This document shows positions 46,270 through 55,775 of a stretch of 64,000 bases of DNA, piece by piece (position 1 is the stretch's first letter; each line of letters starts with the position of its first letter). Position numbers and translations under genes: made by a program. The DNA is from Minisyncoccota bacterium (GTDB taxonomy: Bacteria > Patescibacteriota > Minisyncoccia > Phycocordibacterales > JABAAK01). The notes below the pieces were generated by a model that was given only the letters and a program-made list of their open reading frames with translations, made no database searches and had not been told where the DNA came from. The stretch is from assembly GCA_965222235.1 (NCBI GenBank), contig OZ244939.1:493942-557941 (forward strand). The letters are read 5' to 3'.

Positions 46270-47106
46270 ATGACAAGAGATAAACCCGAACAGTCCGGCG
46301 GCACGTCCGGTCGACGCCGACGCGGTGCCGGCAAAACAGCGCAGTCTGCCGACAAGGCCCCACAGCAGCAGCCCGATCCTGCCGAAACGGCACCGGGCAC
46401 GTCCGCAGACGGCGAAGCGACATCGGCCGTTGAGTGGAAATGGCATGCGTTCATCGGACGAATCGTCGATGGTGAGCGTTACAAACACTGGTTCATGTCT
46501 GCATGCCAGCGTTGCAAACACTGGTTCATGTCTGCGTGCAGCCGGTGTGTGGCGGTCTGGTCAGTCTCACCCGGGACGACAAACCGGGCTAGAGTTGCCG
46601 TATTGGTTGCATTTGTTGGGCTCCTGGTGCTGGTAACGGTGGTGTCTATAGTGAAGTTGATGCAGGTGGAAACCAGTCCTTCGGCAGCACAGCAGATTGC
46701 CGCGAAGAATGAATGCACCATATTCCGCCCGCAGTATCAGCAGCATCTGAGTCCGGTACTCACCGAAGGGGGTGTGAAACGGTACAACAGGTCAGTCTGG
46801 TGTCAGTACAACCATGAGCTTGCCGGATGGTTCGCCGGACAGCTGGCGATTGGCATGCCGGAAAACAGCGAGTGGACAAGGCTGCATATATCTGATGAGC
46901 GGACGGTGTCATTCGCCTCCTGCACGGAAGATTTGCCGTTCCACGCCGGTCCGAGCGCAGCCTCGCGGCTGTGCACCGCACTGTTCGCCGTCTATGAGGA
47001 ACGGACGAGTCGGGAGAACGTGCTGGAAAATCTGAACAGTGCGGGACTGCCAACCCTCACCGTTGCCGATCTGAGGCGTTTCATCCCGACCCTGAACACG
47101 GAATAG
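46270..47106 (+). CDS. hypothetical membrane protein with Ser/Ala/Pro-rich N-terminal region and an internal 24-bp tandem duplication
   Basis: One TM helix (VAVLVAFVGLLVLVTVVSIV). A duplicated octapeptide KHWFMSACQRC / KHWFMSACSRC is encoded by a tandem direct repeat at ~46488-46548. Confidence 0.4.
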   Translation: MTRDKPEQSGGTSGRRRRGAGKTAQSADKAPQQQPDPAETAPGTSADGEATSAVEWKWHAFIGRIVDGERYKHWFMSACQRCKHWFMSACSRCVAVWSVSPGTTNRARVAVLVAFVGLLVLVTVVSIVKLMQVETSPSAAQQIAAKNECTIFRPQYQQHLSPVLTEGGVKRYNRSVWCQYNHELAGWFAGQLAIGMPENSEWTRLHISDERTVSFASCTEDLPFHAGPSAASRLCTALFAVYEERTSRENVLENLNSAGLPTLTVADLRRFIPTLNTE

Positions 47107-47126
47107 GGAAAAGCGTCGCACGCACA

Positions 47127-47158
47127 GAAGGAGGGTTCGTTTGAACCCTCCTTTTTCT
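47127..47158 (+). terminator. rho-independent terminator
   Basis: gaaggagggttc-gttt-gaaccctccttttt is a 12-bp stem followed by a T-run. Confidence 0.7.
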
Positions 47159-47246
47159 TTTACAGAACCCGACGATGTGTGGTATAACATAGATGGGTAT
47201 TGCGGATGTCCCGTAATGCCGTGAACAAACAAGTAAGGAGATACCG

Positions 47247-48230
47247 TTGGTTAAAAAAATCTTTCTTGGGGATCAGTCTCCGTGGAACGGCGGCTGGCTG
47301 CGCGTTGATGCGGCGAGAGAACTGCTGAAAACGGAAAAAGACATGGAAATCGTGTACATGCGGCAGGATGTGGATCCCCCGTGGGTTCCCAGCGCACAGC
47401 CGGGAACTGATGTACGGCAGCGCGAAGGGTTCATTAAGTACGCATCCGTCGCCACACGGGTTCCGTGGACACTGGAAACGCCGAGGGTCCGCCTAACAGA
47501 CCCACTCCAGAGCATGAGCCTTCGGAGCGGGTTTCAATATCTGGTGGGACCGCCGACGAACCGAACGCTGTGGGGCTTTCGGCAGGATTCCGTGTACAGG
47601 GACGTGTTTCACGGCCTGTTGCGCACGGATGCCGAGCATGCAGCACGGCTTAAACGAATTATCACAAACGAGTCGTACGGCGGAAGTATGAAAATAGTTG
47701 AGCAGCAGCTGGACACCGTTTCGGACACCTGCAGGCAGGAATTGTCGCTCGTGGAGTACTTCCGGGAAAAGAAACCGGAGCTCCTCGGCACCCTGCCCGC
47801 GGCACAGTTCTGGGAGGTGGAGCCGGAAGAGGGGCGCAGGGTGACGTTTAGCGGACAGGTTGACCCCTCCCGAACGTATGTTCCCAAGGGGATTGCCCTC
47901 ATTCTTGAGCTCTCAGTCCGGGGATTCGCCGTCGGTCACTCAAATCTTCCGTACCTGTCCGAGGTGATGCGTCTGCGGGACGCATTTCTGCCCGACCATC
48001 CCGTCTCTCTCTGTCGGATTGCCTTTGACTGGCATCCGCACCAGGATCCGTTGCCACCGCTCCTCAGCGAATGGAATCGGAAACGGGAGCGGGCCGGCAG
48101 GAAATCCGGATGGGTGAACAAGGGGGATTTGCAGCTGATATATGAATACTGGAGAAGGCATCCGACCTTCATTTCTCTGGACATTCTCGGCGGCGATGTA
48201 CGGCCGTCACTGACCTGGGAAACCTGCTGA
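47247..48230 (+). CDS. hypothetical protein
   Basis: A 327-aa ORF with an in-frame GTG/TTG-type start (track M); no recognised motifs. Confidence 0.35.
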   Translation: MVKKIFLGDQSPWNGGWLRVDAARELLKTEKDMEIVYMRQDVDPPWVPSAQPGTDVRQREGFIKYASVATRVPWTLETPRVRLTDPLQSMSLRSGFQYLVGPPTNRTLWGFRQDSVYRDVFHGLLRTDAEHAARLKRIITNESYGGSMKIVEQQLDTVSDTCRQELSLVEYFREKKPELLGTLPAAQFWEVEPEEGRRVTFSGQVDPSRTYVPKGIALILELSVRGFAVGHSNLPYLSEVMRLRDAFLPDHPVSLCRIAFDWHPHQDPLPPLLSEWNRKRERAGRKSGWVNKGDLQLIYEYWRRHPTFISLDILGGDVRPSLTWETC

Positions 48231-48242
48231 CACGCATCCCTG

Positions 48243-49376
48243 CTACGGCCGCCGGATACCCGGCGGCCTTTTTCTTGTCCCGATCACCCGTGCATACAGG
48301 TCATGGTACTGCCGGTACACGGTCGTATGCGAAAACCGGAGCGCCCGTTCCCGCGCCTTCGCGCCGAATGTGCCGTCGCCCGACAGCAGATCACCGATGC
48401 GCGCGGCAAACGCTGATATATCATGCGGATCATTGATCAGATACCCTGTCTCACCGTCTGCAACAACTTCGGCAAGACCGCCGACCCGGGACGCGACAAC
48501 CGGCACGCCGCACGCCTGCGCTTCAAGCGCCGCAAGAGAAAAACTTTCATACAATGAGGGCAGAAGCAGCACCCGCGACCGCTGCAGCTGCCGCACCACC
48601 CCCCGCTCGGGAAGACTTCCCGTGAACGATACCGACTGCGATATGCCAAGGCGGTCAGCCAGACGCTTCGTCTTCTCCAGCGCCGGTCCGCCGCCGACAC
48701 ATACCAGCTCGGTATCCGGATGCGTCCGGAGCACCTCGACGAAAACGGCAATGACCATATCCGGCTGCTTGATAGGTTTGAAATTGGAAACATGAATCAT
48801 CCGCCTGCCGGCATCGGTACCGGGCGTGAACACCGAGGTGTCAACGCCGTTCGGTATCACACACACGCCGTCGCGGACGGTGCCGTAGATCCGTTCCGCC
48901 TCCTCCCGCAAACTGCGCGACACGAACGACACAGCATCGGCATCCCGCAACAGCGCGCGGTTGAGTTCCGAAAACACATCCGCCCCCGGGTTGCTGCCGT
49001 CGGGTCCGATGACATCCGTGCCGTGAAAGGTGACGACCAGCGAAACGGGATTCGTGCCGGCAAGAATCTGTCTCGCGAACAGTCCCGCGTGCCCGCAGGA
49101 TATACCGTAGTGCGCGTGGATAATGTCAATGCGGTGCTCAGTGCAGCAGCGCAATATATCCTCAACGAACGACATCTCAATGAGCGGATAGCGGAATGAC
49201 GGGTACTGTCGGACGGTCACCGTTGACACTGCGATGTCGCCTGAATCGTGGAACGGCCGCTCGTAGCTCAGGAAACGGGAATAGATACCCGGCTGCTGTG
49301 CGAGGTGTGCGGCGATACGGAACGCGACGGTGCCGCTGCCGCCGAGCCAGGGCAGTGCGACGGTTAAGATGCGCAT
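48243..49376 (-). CDS. GT4-family glycosyltransferase (BshA/MshA-like)
   Basis: The N-terminus ILTVALPWLGGSGTVAFRIAAHLA resembles the BshA P-loop-like GGSG motif. The C-terminal GT-B region EAQACGVPVVASRVGGLAEVV corresponds to the E-x7-E region. Confidence 0.6.
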   Translation of the reverse strand: MRILTVALPWLGGSGTVAFRIAAHLAQQPGIYSRFLSYERPFHDSGDIAVSTVTVRQYPSFRYPLIEMSFVEDILRCCTEHRIDIIHAHYGISCGHAGLFARQILAGTNPVSLVVTFHGTDVIGPDGSNPGADVFSELNRALLRDADAVSFVSRSLREEAERIYGTVRDGVCVIPNGVDTSVFTPGTDAGRRMIHVSNFKPIKQPDMVIAVFVEVLRTHPDTELVCVGGGPALEKTKRLADRLGISQSVSFTGSLPERGVVRQLQRSRVLLLPSLYESFSLAALEAQACGVPVVASRVGGLAEVVADGETGYLINDPHDISAFAARIGDLLSGDGTFGAKARERALRFSHTTVYRQYHDLYARVIGTRKRPPGIRRP

Positions 49377-49467
49377 AATTCAGGCAATAGTACCACATAC
49401 CGCCGTTCCCGTTCAAGCGTCCGCGCCTGAAAAAGAGCGGCGGCGTGTGATATAATCAGAAGTACCT

Positions 49468-51321
49468 ATGCGGCTGAACGAAGTACGGAAGCGATACATA
49501 CAATATATGCGGTCGCGCGGGCACAGCATACTTGCATCCGCGCCGCTTATCCCGCAGAACGATGCCACGACACTGTTCACCGGCTCCGGTATGCAGCCGC
49601 TCGTTCCGTATCTGCTTGGCAGGGAGCACCAGCAGGGAGCGAGGCTCGCCGACTCGCAAAAATGCTTCCGCGCCAACGACATAGATGAAGTCGGCGACAA
49701 CCGGCACACCACCTTCTTTGAAATGCTCGGCAACTGGTCGCTCGGCGACTATTTCAAAGAAGAGCAGATACGGCAGTGCTTTGCATTCTTCACGGACAGC
49801 GACACCGGACTCGGCCTGGATCCGAACCGCCTGTATGTTACGGCATTCGCCGGCGACGACACGCTCGGCATCCCCCGGGATGACACCGCCGCCGATATGT
49901 GGAAACAGCTCTTCAGCGAAGCGGGTGTCAGCGCGGAGACGGCACACATCGGCTCGCAGGAAGACGGTGACCGCCGCGGCATGAAGCCCGGTGAGAGAAT
50001 ATTTTTCTATGACGCCGGAAAGAACTGGTGGAGCAGGTCGGGACCGCCGGAGAGCATGCCTTCGGGAGAGCCGGGAGGCCCCGATACCGAAGTGTTCTAC
50101 GATTTCGGCGACGAGCATGTCGACCCGGCATATGCGCACCTCAAACCGCATCCGAATTCCGATTCCGGACGGTTCATTGAAATATGCAACTCCGTGTTCA
50201 TGGAATATCTCCGCACCGCTGACGGCTTCAAGCCGCTGCCGAAAAAAAATGTTGACTTCGGCGCCGGACTGGAGCGGCTGACCGCCGTGACCGAACGGAC
50301 ACCGGACATCTTCGCCGTTGACGTCTTTGCCCCCTGCATACGGGCGCTTGAGGAAAAAACCGACAGTACATATATTGACAATCCGACACCCTTCCGGGTC
50401 ATAGCCGATCATCTGCGGAGCGCGATCTTCATCCTTGCGGACGGTGTGACACCGTCAAACACCGACCGCGGCTATGTGCTCCGGAGACTCATACGCGAAG
50501 CGGTGTACCGTCTGCGGTATGCGCTGCGGATAGAAGATATGAATCTTGCCGAGCTCGTCCCGCATTTCGTCGCCGTGTATGAAAAGCAGTATCCGGAGAC
50601 GGCCGCGGAACATATACAGAAACATATTGCCGAAGAGGAGGAGCGGTTTTCCCGTACGCTCAGAAAGGGCATGAACATATTTAATGCGCTCGCGGAGAAA
50701 AAAACAGTTACCGGCGGGGATGTATTCACGCTCCAGAGCACGTACGGATTTCCGAAAGAACTGACCGCCGCGCTCGCGGAGGAGCGGGGCATCGTCGTCT
50801 CACTTGAGACATATGACGAGGCGATGCGGAAACACAAAGAATTCTCGGGGCGGGGGGGAGAAAAAAAATTCAAGGGCGGCCTTGCCGACACGGACGGCAT
50901 GAGCGTGAAATATCACACGGCAACTCATCTGCTGCATCAGGCGTTGCGGGATGTGCTGGGGGATGCCGCTGAGCAGCGGGGATCCAACATCACGCCGAAG
51001 CGGCTGCGGTTTGACTTTGTACACGACGGTAGAATGACCGACGAAGAAAAGAAGCGCGTTGAAGATATCGTCAACGGGAAAATACGCGAAGGGCTGGACA
51101 TCACATATACGGACATGCCGCGTGCGGAGGCGGAGAACATCGGTGCCATCGGTATCTTCACCTACGACGATCCGGTCAGGGTATATTCCGTGGGAAACTA
51201 CAGCAAAGAATACTGCGGCGGACCGCATGTCAGAAATACCCGGGAACTCGGCACCTTCAGTATCATCAGGGAGGAGGCGGTCTCCGCGGGCGTGCGCCGT
51301 ATCAGGGCGGTGCTGCGGTAG
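49468..51321 (+). CDS. alaS: alanyl-tRNA synthetase, short form lacking the C-terminal C-Ala domain
   Basis: Class II catalytic core (FTGSGMQPLVPY, KCFRANDIDEVGDNRHTTFFEMLGNWSLGDYFK) and editing-domain HxxxH (HTATHLLHQALRDVLG). The protein ends at 617 aa. Confidence 0.85.
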   Translation: MRLNEVRKRYIQYMRSRGHSILASAPLIPQNDATTLFTGSGMQPLVPYLLGREHQQGARLADSQKCFRANDIDEVGDNRHTTFFEMLGNWSLGDYFKEEQIRQCFAFFTDSDTGLGLDPNRLYVTAFAGDDTLGIPRDDTAADMWKQLFSEAGVSAETAHIGSQEDGDRRGMKPGERIFFYDAGKNWWSRSGPPESMPSGEPGGPDTEVFYDFGDEHVDPAYAHLKPHPNSDSGRFIEICNSVFMEYLRTADGFKPLPKKNVDFGAGLERLTAVTERTPDIFAVDVFAPCIRALEEKTDSTYIDNPTPFRVIADHLRSAIFILADGVTPSNTDRGYVLRRLIREAVYRLRYALRIEDMNLAELVPHFVAVYEKQYPETAAEHIQKHIAEEEERFSRTLRKGMNIFNALAEKKTVTGGDVFTLQSTYGFPKELTAALAEERGIVVSLETYDEAMRKHKEFSGRGGEKKFKGGLADTDGMSVKYHTATHLLHQALRDVLGDAAEQRGSNITPKRLRFDFVHDGRMTDEEKKRVEDIVNGKIREGLDITYTDMPRAEAENIGAIGIFTYDDPVRVYSVGNYSKEYCGGPHVRNTRELGTFSIIREEAVSAGVRRIRAVLR

Positions 51322-51390
51322 ATATAGTAAATGGTATTCTCCACATTGCGTCTATCATCTTTTACGGAGGCAGGGTATAATAACGGGCAT

Positions 51391-52734
51391 ATGGAAAATG
51401 ATGAAAATAATGGCGGGCTCCGTTCTATTGAACGTTCAAATCTCAGTGGCGCGAAAAACCGCACTGTTGCGAGAAAGAAACGTGTTCAGCCAAGGGTGGC
51501 GGAGGCACCTGTCCGTCCGAAATCAGGCGGCAGACGGAGAAACGGCACGATAAAACGCTTTATTATATTCGGCACGGTACTGGTCGGCACCATACTCCTG
51601 CTCATCAGCACGGTGTTCAGCAGCGCGAAGCTGGATCTGACGCTGGCGAATGCCGATGTGCAGATTGACGGCATCTTCTCCGCCGTCCGCGAACCGGCCC
51701 AGTCAAAGGATATATCGTACAGCAAGCTCGGACCGTTCACTGAAACGAAAAACGCCACGATCACAGACATCACCCGTGAGGTTCAGAATACCTATGCCGA
51801 AGGCACCATCATCGTATTCAACGCGAACCGGTCGGGGGAGAAGCTTGATCTGGTGAACCGCACGAGATTCCAGACTGAGGACGGTCGGCTGTACCGCCTC
51901 AGCGGCAAGCAGGTCATCCCCGGCGGCAGAACGGTGGGGGGTGAGTTTGTACCCGGCAGAAAAGAGGTGACCGTGGTCGCCGACAAGATAGGGAACGGAT
52001 ATAATATTGAAAAGAAAGGGGAGCGGTTCTCCATCCCCGGCCTCGCAAAATATAAGGAGTTTGCGAGCTCATATGCGGAATCAAAGACGAAAATAGTCGG
52101 CGGATTCAGCGGCGAACGCTTTATCCCCGATTCAAAAAAGGAGCGGGAAATGCGGGAAGAGTTGCGCAAGGGCATGAAAAAGACCGTGGAAGAGAAACTT
52201 ATGGAAGTGCTGGACACCAACACACTTTCCCAGAAAGTTGTCTTCAGCACCGGCAAATTCTTTACCTACGAATCCCTGGAAAATGAACAGACCGACAACG
52301 GTGTCATCATACAGGAGCGGGTATCGCTGTACGCGGTCTCATTCCGTGAGTCCGATCTTGCGGCGCTGCTTGCCGAATCGGGAACTATGCCGCATGACGC
52401 CCCGGTCACCATTGACCCGACATCTGTTGACGCGAAAAACCTGGTTATGGATATCATCGGTGCGGATGACTTTGATATCGTCTCATCAACCGAATTTAAA
52501 TTCCGTCTTCGCGGATCCGCCAGGGTGTTCTGGAGCATTGACGAAACGTTGTTCAAGATGGACATTGAAGGAAAAACTAAGAACGAGGTGAATGCCGTCC
52601 GGCTTGAACAGTATCCCCAAATTATCAACATACACAAGATTTCACGGTTCCCGGTGTGGCGCAGCTCGCTTCCCGGTAAAGGCGAAAAGATCACGGTCAA
52701 TATACGGTATCAGGACGACACGGATGAGGAGTAG
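51391..52734 (+). CDS. hypothetical membrane-anchored protein
   Basis: Lys/Arg-rich N-terminus then one TM helix (FIIFGTVLVGTILLLISTVF). Start taken at the in-frame ATG at 51391 (MENDENNG) within ORF 51331..52734. Confidence 0.4.
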   Translation: MENDENNGGLRSIERSNLSGAKNRTVARKKRVQPRVAEAPVRPKSGGRRRNGTIKRFIIFGTVLVGTILLLISTVFSSAKLDLTLANADVQIDGIFSAVREPAQSKDISYSKLGPFTETKNATITDITREVQNTYAEGTIIVFNANRSGEKLDLVNRTRFQTEDGRLYRLSGKQVIPGGRTVGGEFVPGRKEVTVVADKIGNGYNIEKKGERFSIPGLAKYKEFASSYAESKTKIVGGFSGERFIPDSKKEREMREELRKGMKKTVEEKLMEVLDTNTLSQKVVFSTGKFFTYESLENEQTDNGVIIQERVSLYAVSFRESDLAALLAESGTMPHDAPVTIDPTSVDAKNLVMDIIGADDFDIVSSTEFKFRLRGSARVFWSIDETLFKMDIEGKTKNEVNAVRLEQYPQIINIHKISRFPVWRSSLPGKGEKITVNIRYQDDTDEE

Positions 52735-52796
52735 CGGCGGCGGATGTGTGCAAAAATCCCCGCCCGAAACGGTGAATATCTGATACAATAAAGAAC

Positions 52797-53657
52797 ATGT
52801 ACAGACCTGAAGTTCTGAGGAAAAAGCACGATGTTCCGTCCGCGGACGACGGGATGCAGCAGGAGACCCATCGCGAAGAGTCAGTCACGGAAACACTTGA
52901 TGCGCTTGAGGAAAAAAGCAAAAGAGGCGAAGAACTCACCCGCGAAGAACTCGTGTTTCTCTACAGTCTGGATGCCGGAACCCCCGGTTTTGAGCGTGAC
53001 GAGGGTCAGCGTGTTCTGGAGATGCGGGACACACGGGACATCCGTAAGGATATTGCCCGTGCGCTGAACTGCGGTGAAGATCAGATCTCCCGCACGGAAG
53101 AAGAAGCACTCTCGGGCAATAGCATATATCACTACGGAAACCTGTTTCTGCGCAGCCGAACCTCGGCCGAAGGGCTGTGGCTGCCCGAGAAGGTGGGCGG
53201 AGATGTTATTCTGGACAGTCTCACCTCAGTTGAGGGGCTGGAGCTGCCGAACGAGATCGGAGGGGGGCTGTTCTTGGGCAGCCTCACCTCAATTGAAGGG
53301 CTGCGGATGCCTGAAATAGTGCGGGGAGATGTGACGCTTGACAGAATCATCTCCGCTCCGGGACTGCGTTTGCCCAGGAAAGTCGGAAAGAGCGTATACC
53401 TGAATAACCTCGCCGCCGCCGAGGAACTGGAGCTGCCGAACGAGGTGGGAAGAAGTGTATTTCTGGACAGCCTCACCTCAGCCGAAGGGTTGCGATTGCC
53501 CGAGAAGGTGGGCGCGGATCTGTCTCTGAACGGTCTCACATCCGCTGAGGGACTGGAGCTGCCGAGCGAGGTGGGAAAGCGGGTATTCCTAAAAGGACTT
53601 GACGCAAAAGAACGGGATGATGTCAGAGCACGGCGACCGGATCTAGTAATTGTTTGA
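52797..53657 (+). CDS. hypothetical protein with ~8 tandem 20-aa repeats (LTS-x-EGL-x-LP-x-x-VG-x-x-x-x-L)
   Basis: The motif recurs at a regular 20-residue spacing: LTSVEGLELPNEIGGGLFLGS / LTSIEGLRMPEIVRGDVTLDR / ... / LTSAEGLELPSEVGKRVFLKG. The pattern is leucine-rich-repeat-like. Confidence 0.5.
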   Translation: MYRPEVLRKKHDVPSADDGMQQETHREESVTETLDALEEKSKRGEELTREELVFLYSLDAGTPGFERDEGQRVLEMRDTRDIRKDIARALNCGEDQISRTEEEALSGNSIYHYGNLFLRSRTSAEGLWLPEKVGGDVILDSLTSVEGLELPNEIGGGLFLGSLTSIEGLRMPEIVRGDVTLDRIISAPGLRLPRKVGKSVYLNNLAAAEELELPNEVGRSVFLDSLTSAEGLRLPEKVGADLSLNGLTSAEGLELPSEVGKRVFLKGLDAKERDDVRARRPDLVIV

Positions 53658-53750
53658 AGCCCGGAGATGTCTGTTTATACACAGGATATACCCGATTCAT
53701 CCCGTTGTTACTGGATAAAATTGATATATACGCAATGTGTACAAAGGGGG

Positions 53751-53779
53751 TTGACAGAATAGGAACGTATATATACAAT
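53751..53779 (+). promoter_or_regulatory. perfect consensus sigma70 promoter TTGACA-17-TACAAT in a convergent intergenic region
   Basis: ttgaca at 53751-53756 and tacaat at 53774-53779 with a 17-nt spacer. No + strand gene follows; only a strong hairpin at 53813-53840. Confidence 0.4.
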
Positions 53780-53812
53780 ACCCCTGTGTCTTTTCTTCGG
53801 AAAAGGCACATC

Positions 53813-53840
53813 AAGGGGGGCATCTTCGGGTGCCCCCCTT
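53813..53840. terminator. strong GC-rich hairpin between convergent genes (bidirectional terminator candidate)
   Basis: aaggggggca-tcttcggg-tgcccccctt is a 10-bp stem. It lies 22 nt from the comFC stop (minus strand) and ~155 nt from the stop of the upstream + gene. Confidence 0.55.
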
Positions 53841-53861
53841 GATGTATATATACCGACCGTT

Positions 53862-54557
53862 TCAATGAGCCAGCGCCACGGTCAGAATCACGCCGGCTCC
53901 GGCAGCTCGGAGCGCGCGCCGGGCTTCATTCAGTGTTGCGCCGGAAGTGACAACATCGTCAATGACGATGACCGAACAACCCACAACCGGCGATGCGTGC
54001 AGTGCGCCCGCGACATTCTTTTTTCTTGCATGAGCATCCGGCATTCTGCTCTGCCGCTCCGCCGCTCTCTGCCACCGCAGCACATCCCGCGCATCCCGCA
54101 TCCCGTCCGGATACCCCGCATCCCGTACAGCATTCAGAACGGCATGCAGATGATGATATTGCTCGCGGCTCCGCCGCACGGATGATGCGGGCACCGCGCA
54201 GAGCAGATAGTCCGTATAGGTGCGTGCGCGGAGGTTAAAAAGAAACTGCCGCAGTATGTGCGCGGCAATACGGATGCTGCGTGCATCTTTTTCATATTTT
54301 ATGGCAAGTATGCAGTCCCGCACCACACCTGTTCGGTACGGCAGCAGAAAGGTATGCCCGCCGAACTGTTTCGGCAGAACGTGCGCGTACAGATCCTCAT
54401 CGCGGCACCGGCGCATGCGCGCGGTGTGCCGGCGATACGGGAGAATGCTCTGCAGCAGTGTATTGAGTGCGGCAACGATACGCATACGATATATTCCGCA
54501 GTGTAGCACCCGTGGTATGATGCGTGTACATGTCAATACTGTCGCCGATACAATCAC
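53862..54557 (-). CDS. comFC: ComF-family protein with phosphoribosyltransferase domain (ComFC-like)
   Basis: C-terminal PRTase motif VIVIDDVVTSGATLNEA. Adjacent to, and divergent from, the type IV pilus genes. Confidence 0.7.
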   Translation of the reverse strand: MIVSATVLTCTRIIPRVLHCGIYRMRIVAALNTLLQSILPYRRHTARMRRCRDEDLYAHVLPKQFGGHTFLLPYRTGVVRDCILAIKYEKDARSIRIAAHILRQFLFNLRARTYTDYLLCAVPASSVRRSREQYHHLHAVLNAVRDAGYPDGMRDARDVLRWQRAAERQSRMPDAHARKKNVAGALHASPVVGCSVIVIDDVVTSGATLNEARRALRAAGAGVILTVALAH

Positions 54558-55654
54558 TGTTCAGAAGAGGACAGCGAAGCGCTCTCGGTATTGATATCGG
54601 CTCTTCGGCGGTGAAGGTGGTGCAGGCGCGCCGGGAGAAAGGCACAGCGGTGCTTGAAACATACGGATCACTCGCTATCGGTCCGTATGTGGAGGGGGCG
54701 GAGATCGGGCAGTGCGCGAATGCCAATGACGAGGTCCTGTACACAGTGCTCACCGCGCTTCTGAAGGAGGCGAAGGTTACCGCCACATCGGTCTGCATCG
54801 CGATACCGTTCCACTCAAGCCTGATATCCCTCATTGAAGTGCCGCCGCTGTCCGATGAAAAAATCGGGCAGGTGGTGCCGTTTGAGGCGAAACGATATAT
54901 CCCGGTTCCCCTTGAAGATGTCTCCATTGACTGGTTTGTGGTGCCGCGTGCCCTGCTTGAGCGGGACGATCAGTCAATGTTCCAGGAGGACGGGGAGAAA
55001 GCCATGCCGGTGAAAGAGGAAAAAAGAAAGGTGCTCCTCATCGCCATCCATAACCACGAGCTGCTGAAACACAAGAATATTCTCAGCCGCACCAATCTCA
55101 ATGTGAAGTTTTTTGAGATAGAAATATTCAGCACGCTCCGTTCGTCGGTGTACGAGAACCGGTTGCCGTTCATTATCATTGATATCGGCGCCAGAACCAG
55201 TAAGTTCTACATCGTGGAGCACGGCATCATTCTCCGCTCCCTCTTTATCAATCAGGGAGGGGAGGCGATTACGAACGCCATAGCGAAGACGGAGAACATT
55301 CCGTTCAAGGAGGCGGAATACAAAAAAAGAGAGTCCGGTTTCGGCATGCCGGAGAGCACCACCCGCCACGCGATGGCGCTGGTGACGGACGAAATCTTCA
55401 CCGAGGCGAATAATGCGATAGTCAATTTTGAACAGAAGTACCGTCAGTCCATATCCAAGGCCATTCTCACCGGCGGCGGCGCTTCCATGACCGGTATGCT
55501 TGAGGAAGCGAAAGCGAAAACGAACATAGAGGTGGAAGTGGCGAATCCGTTCGGACGCCTCCGGCATCCCGCATTTCTCAGCGAAACGCTTCAGAAGAGC
55601 GGTTCGGAATTTACCGTGGCGGTCGGCAGTGTGCTGCGCGCGCTGGGGGAATAA
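54524..55654 (+). CDS. pilM: type IV pilus assembly protein PilM (actin-like ATPase fold)
   Basis: N-terminal LGIDIGSSAVKVVQ phosphate-1 motif and C-terminal ILTGGGASMTGMLEEA; the first gene of a pilM-N-O-like run. Confidence 0.8.
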   Translation: MYMSILSPIQSLFRRGQRSALGIDIGSSAVKVVQARREKGTAVLETYGSLAIGPYVEGAEIGQCANANDEVLYTVLTALLKEAKVTATSVCIAIPFHSSLISLIEVPPLSDEKIGQVVPFEAKRYIPVPLEDVSIDWFVVPRALLERDDQSMFQEDGEKAMPVKEEKRKVLLIAIHNHELLKHKNILSRTNLNVKFFEIEIFSTLRSSVYENRLPFIIIDIGARTSKFYIVEHGIILRSLFINQGGEAITNAIAKTENIPFKEAEYKKRESGFGMPESTTRHAMALVTDEIFTEANNAIVNFEQKYRQSISKAILTGGGASMTGMLEEAKAKTNIEVEVANPFGRLRHPAFLSETLQKSGSEFTVAVGSVLRALGE

Positions 55655-55775
55655 TAGTTAACCACACATCACCGTTTACACATTTTTTACTGGTATACTG
55701 ACGGTGTATTGCACTATGTTACCGGACTTTTCAAAAAATTTTGCCAAGCAGACGATATCTCCCGGCGACGGAGAC

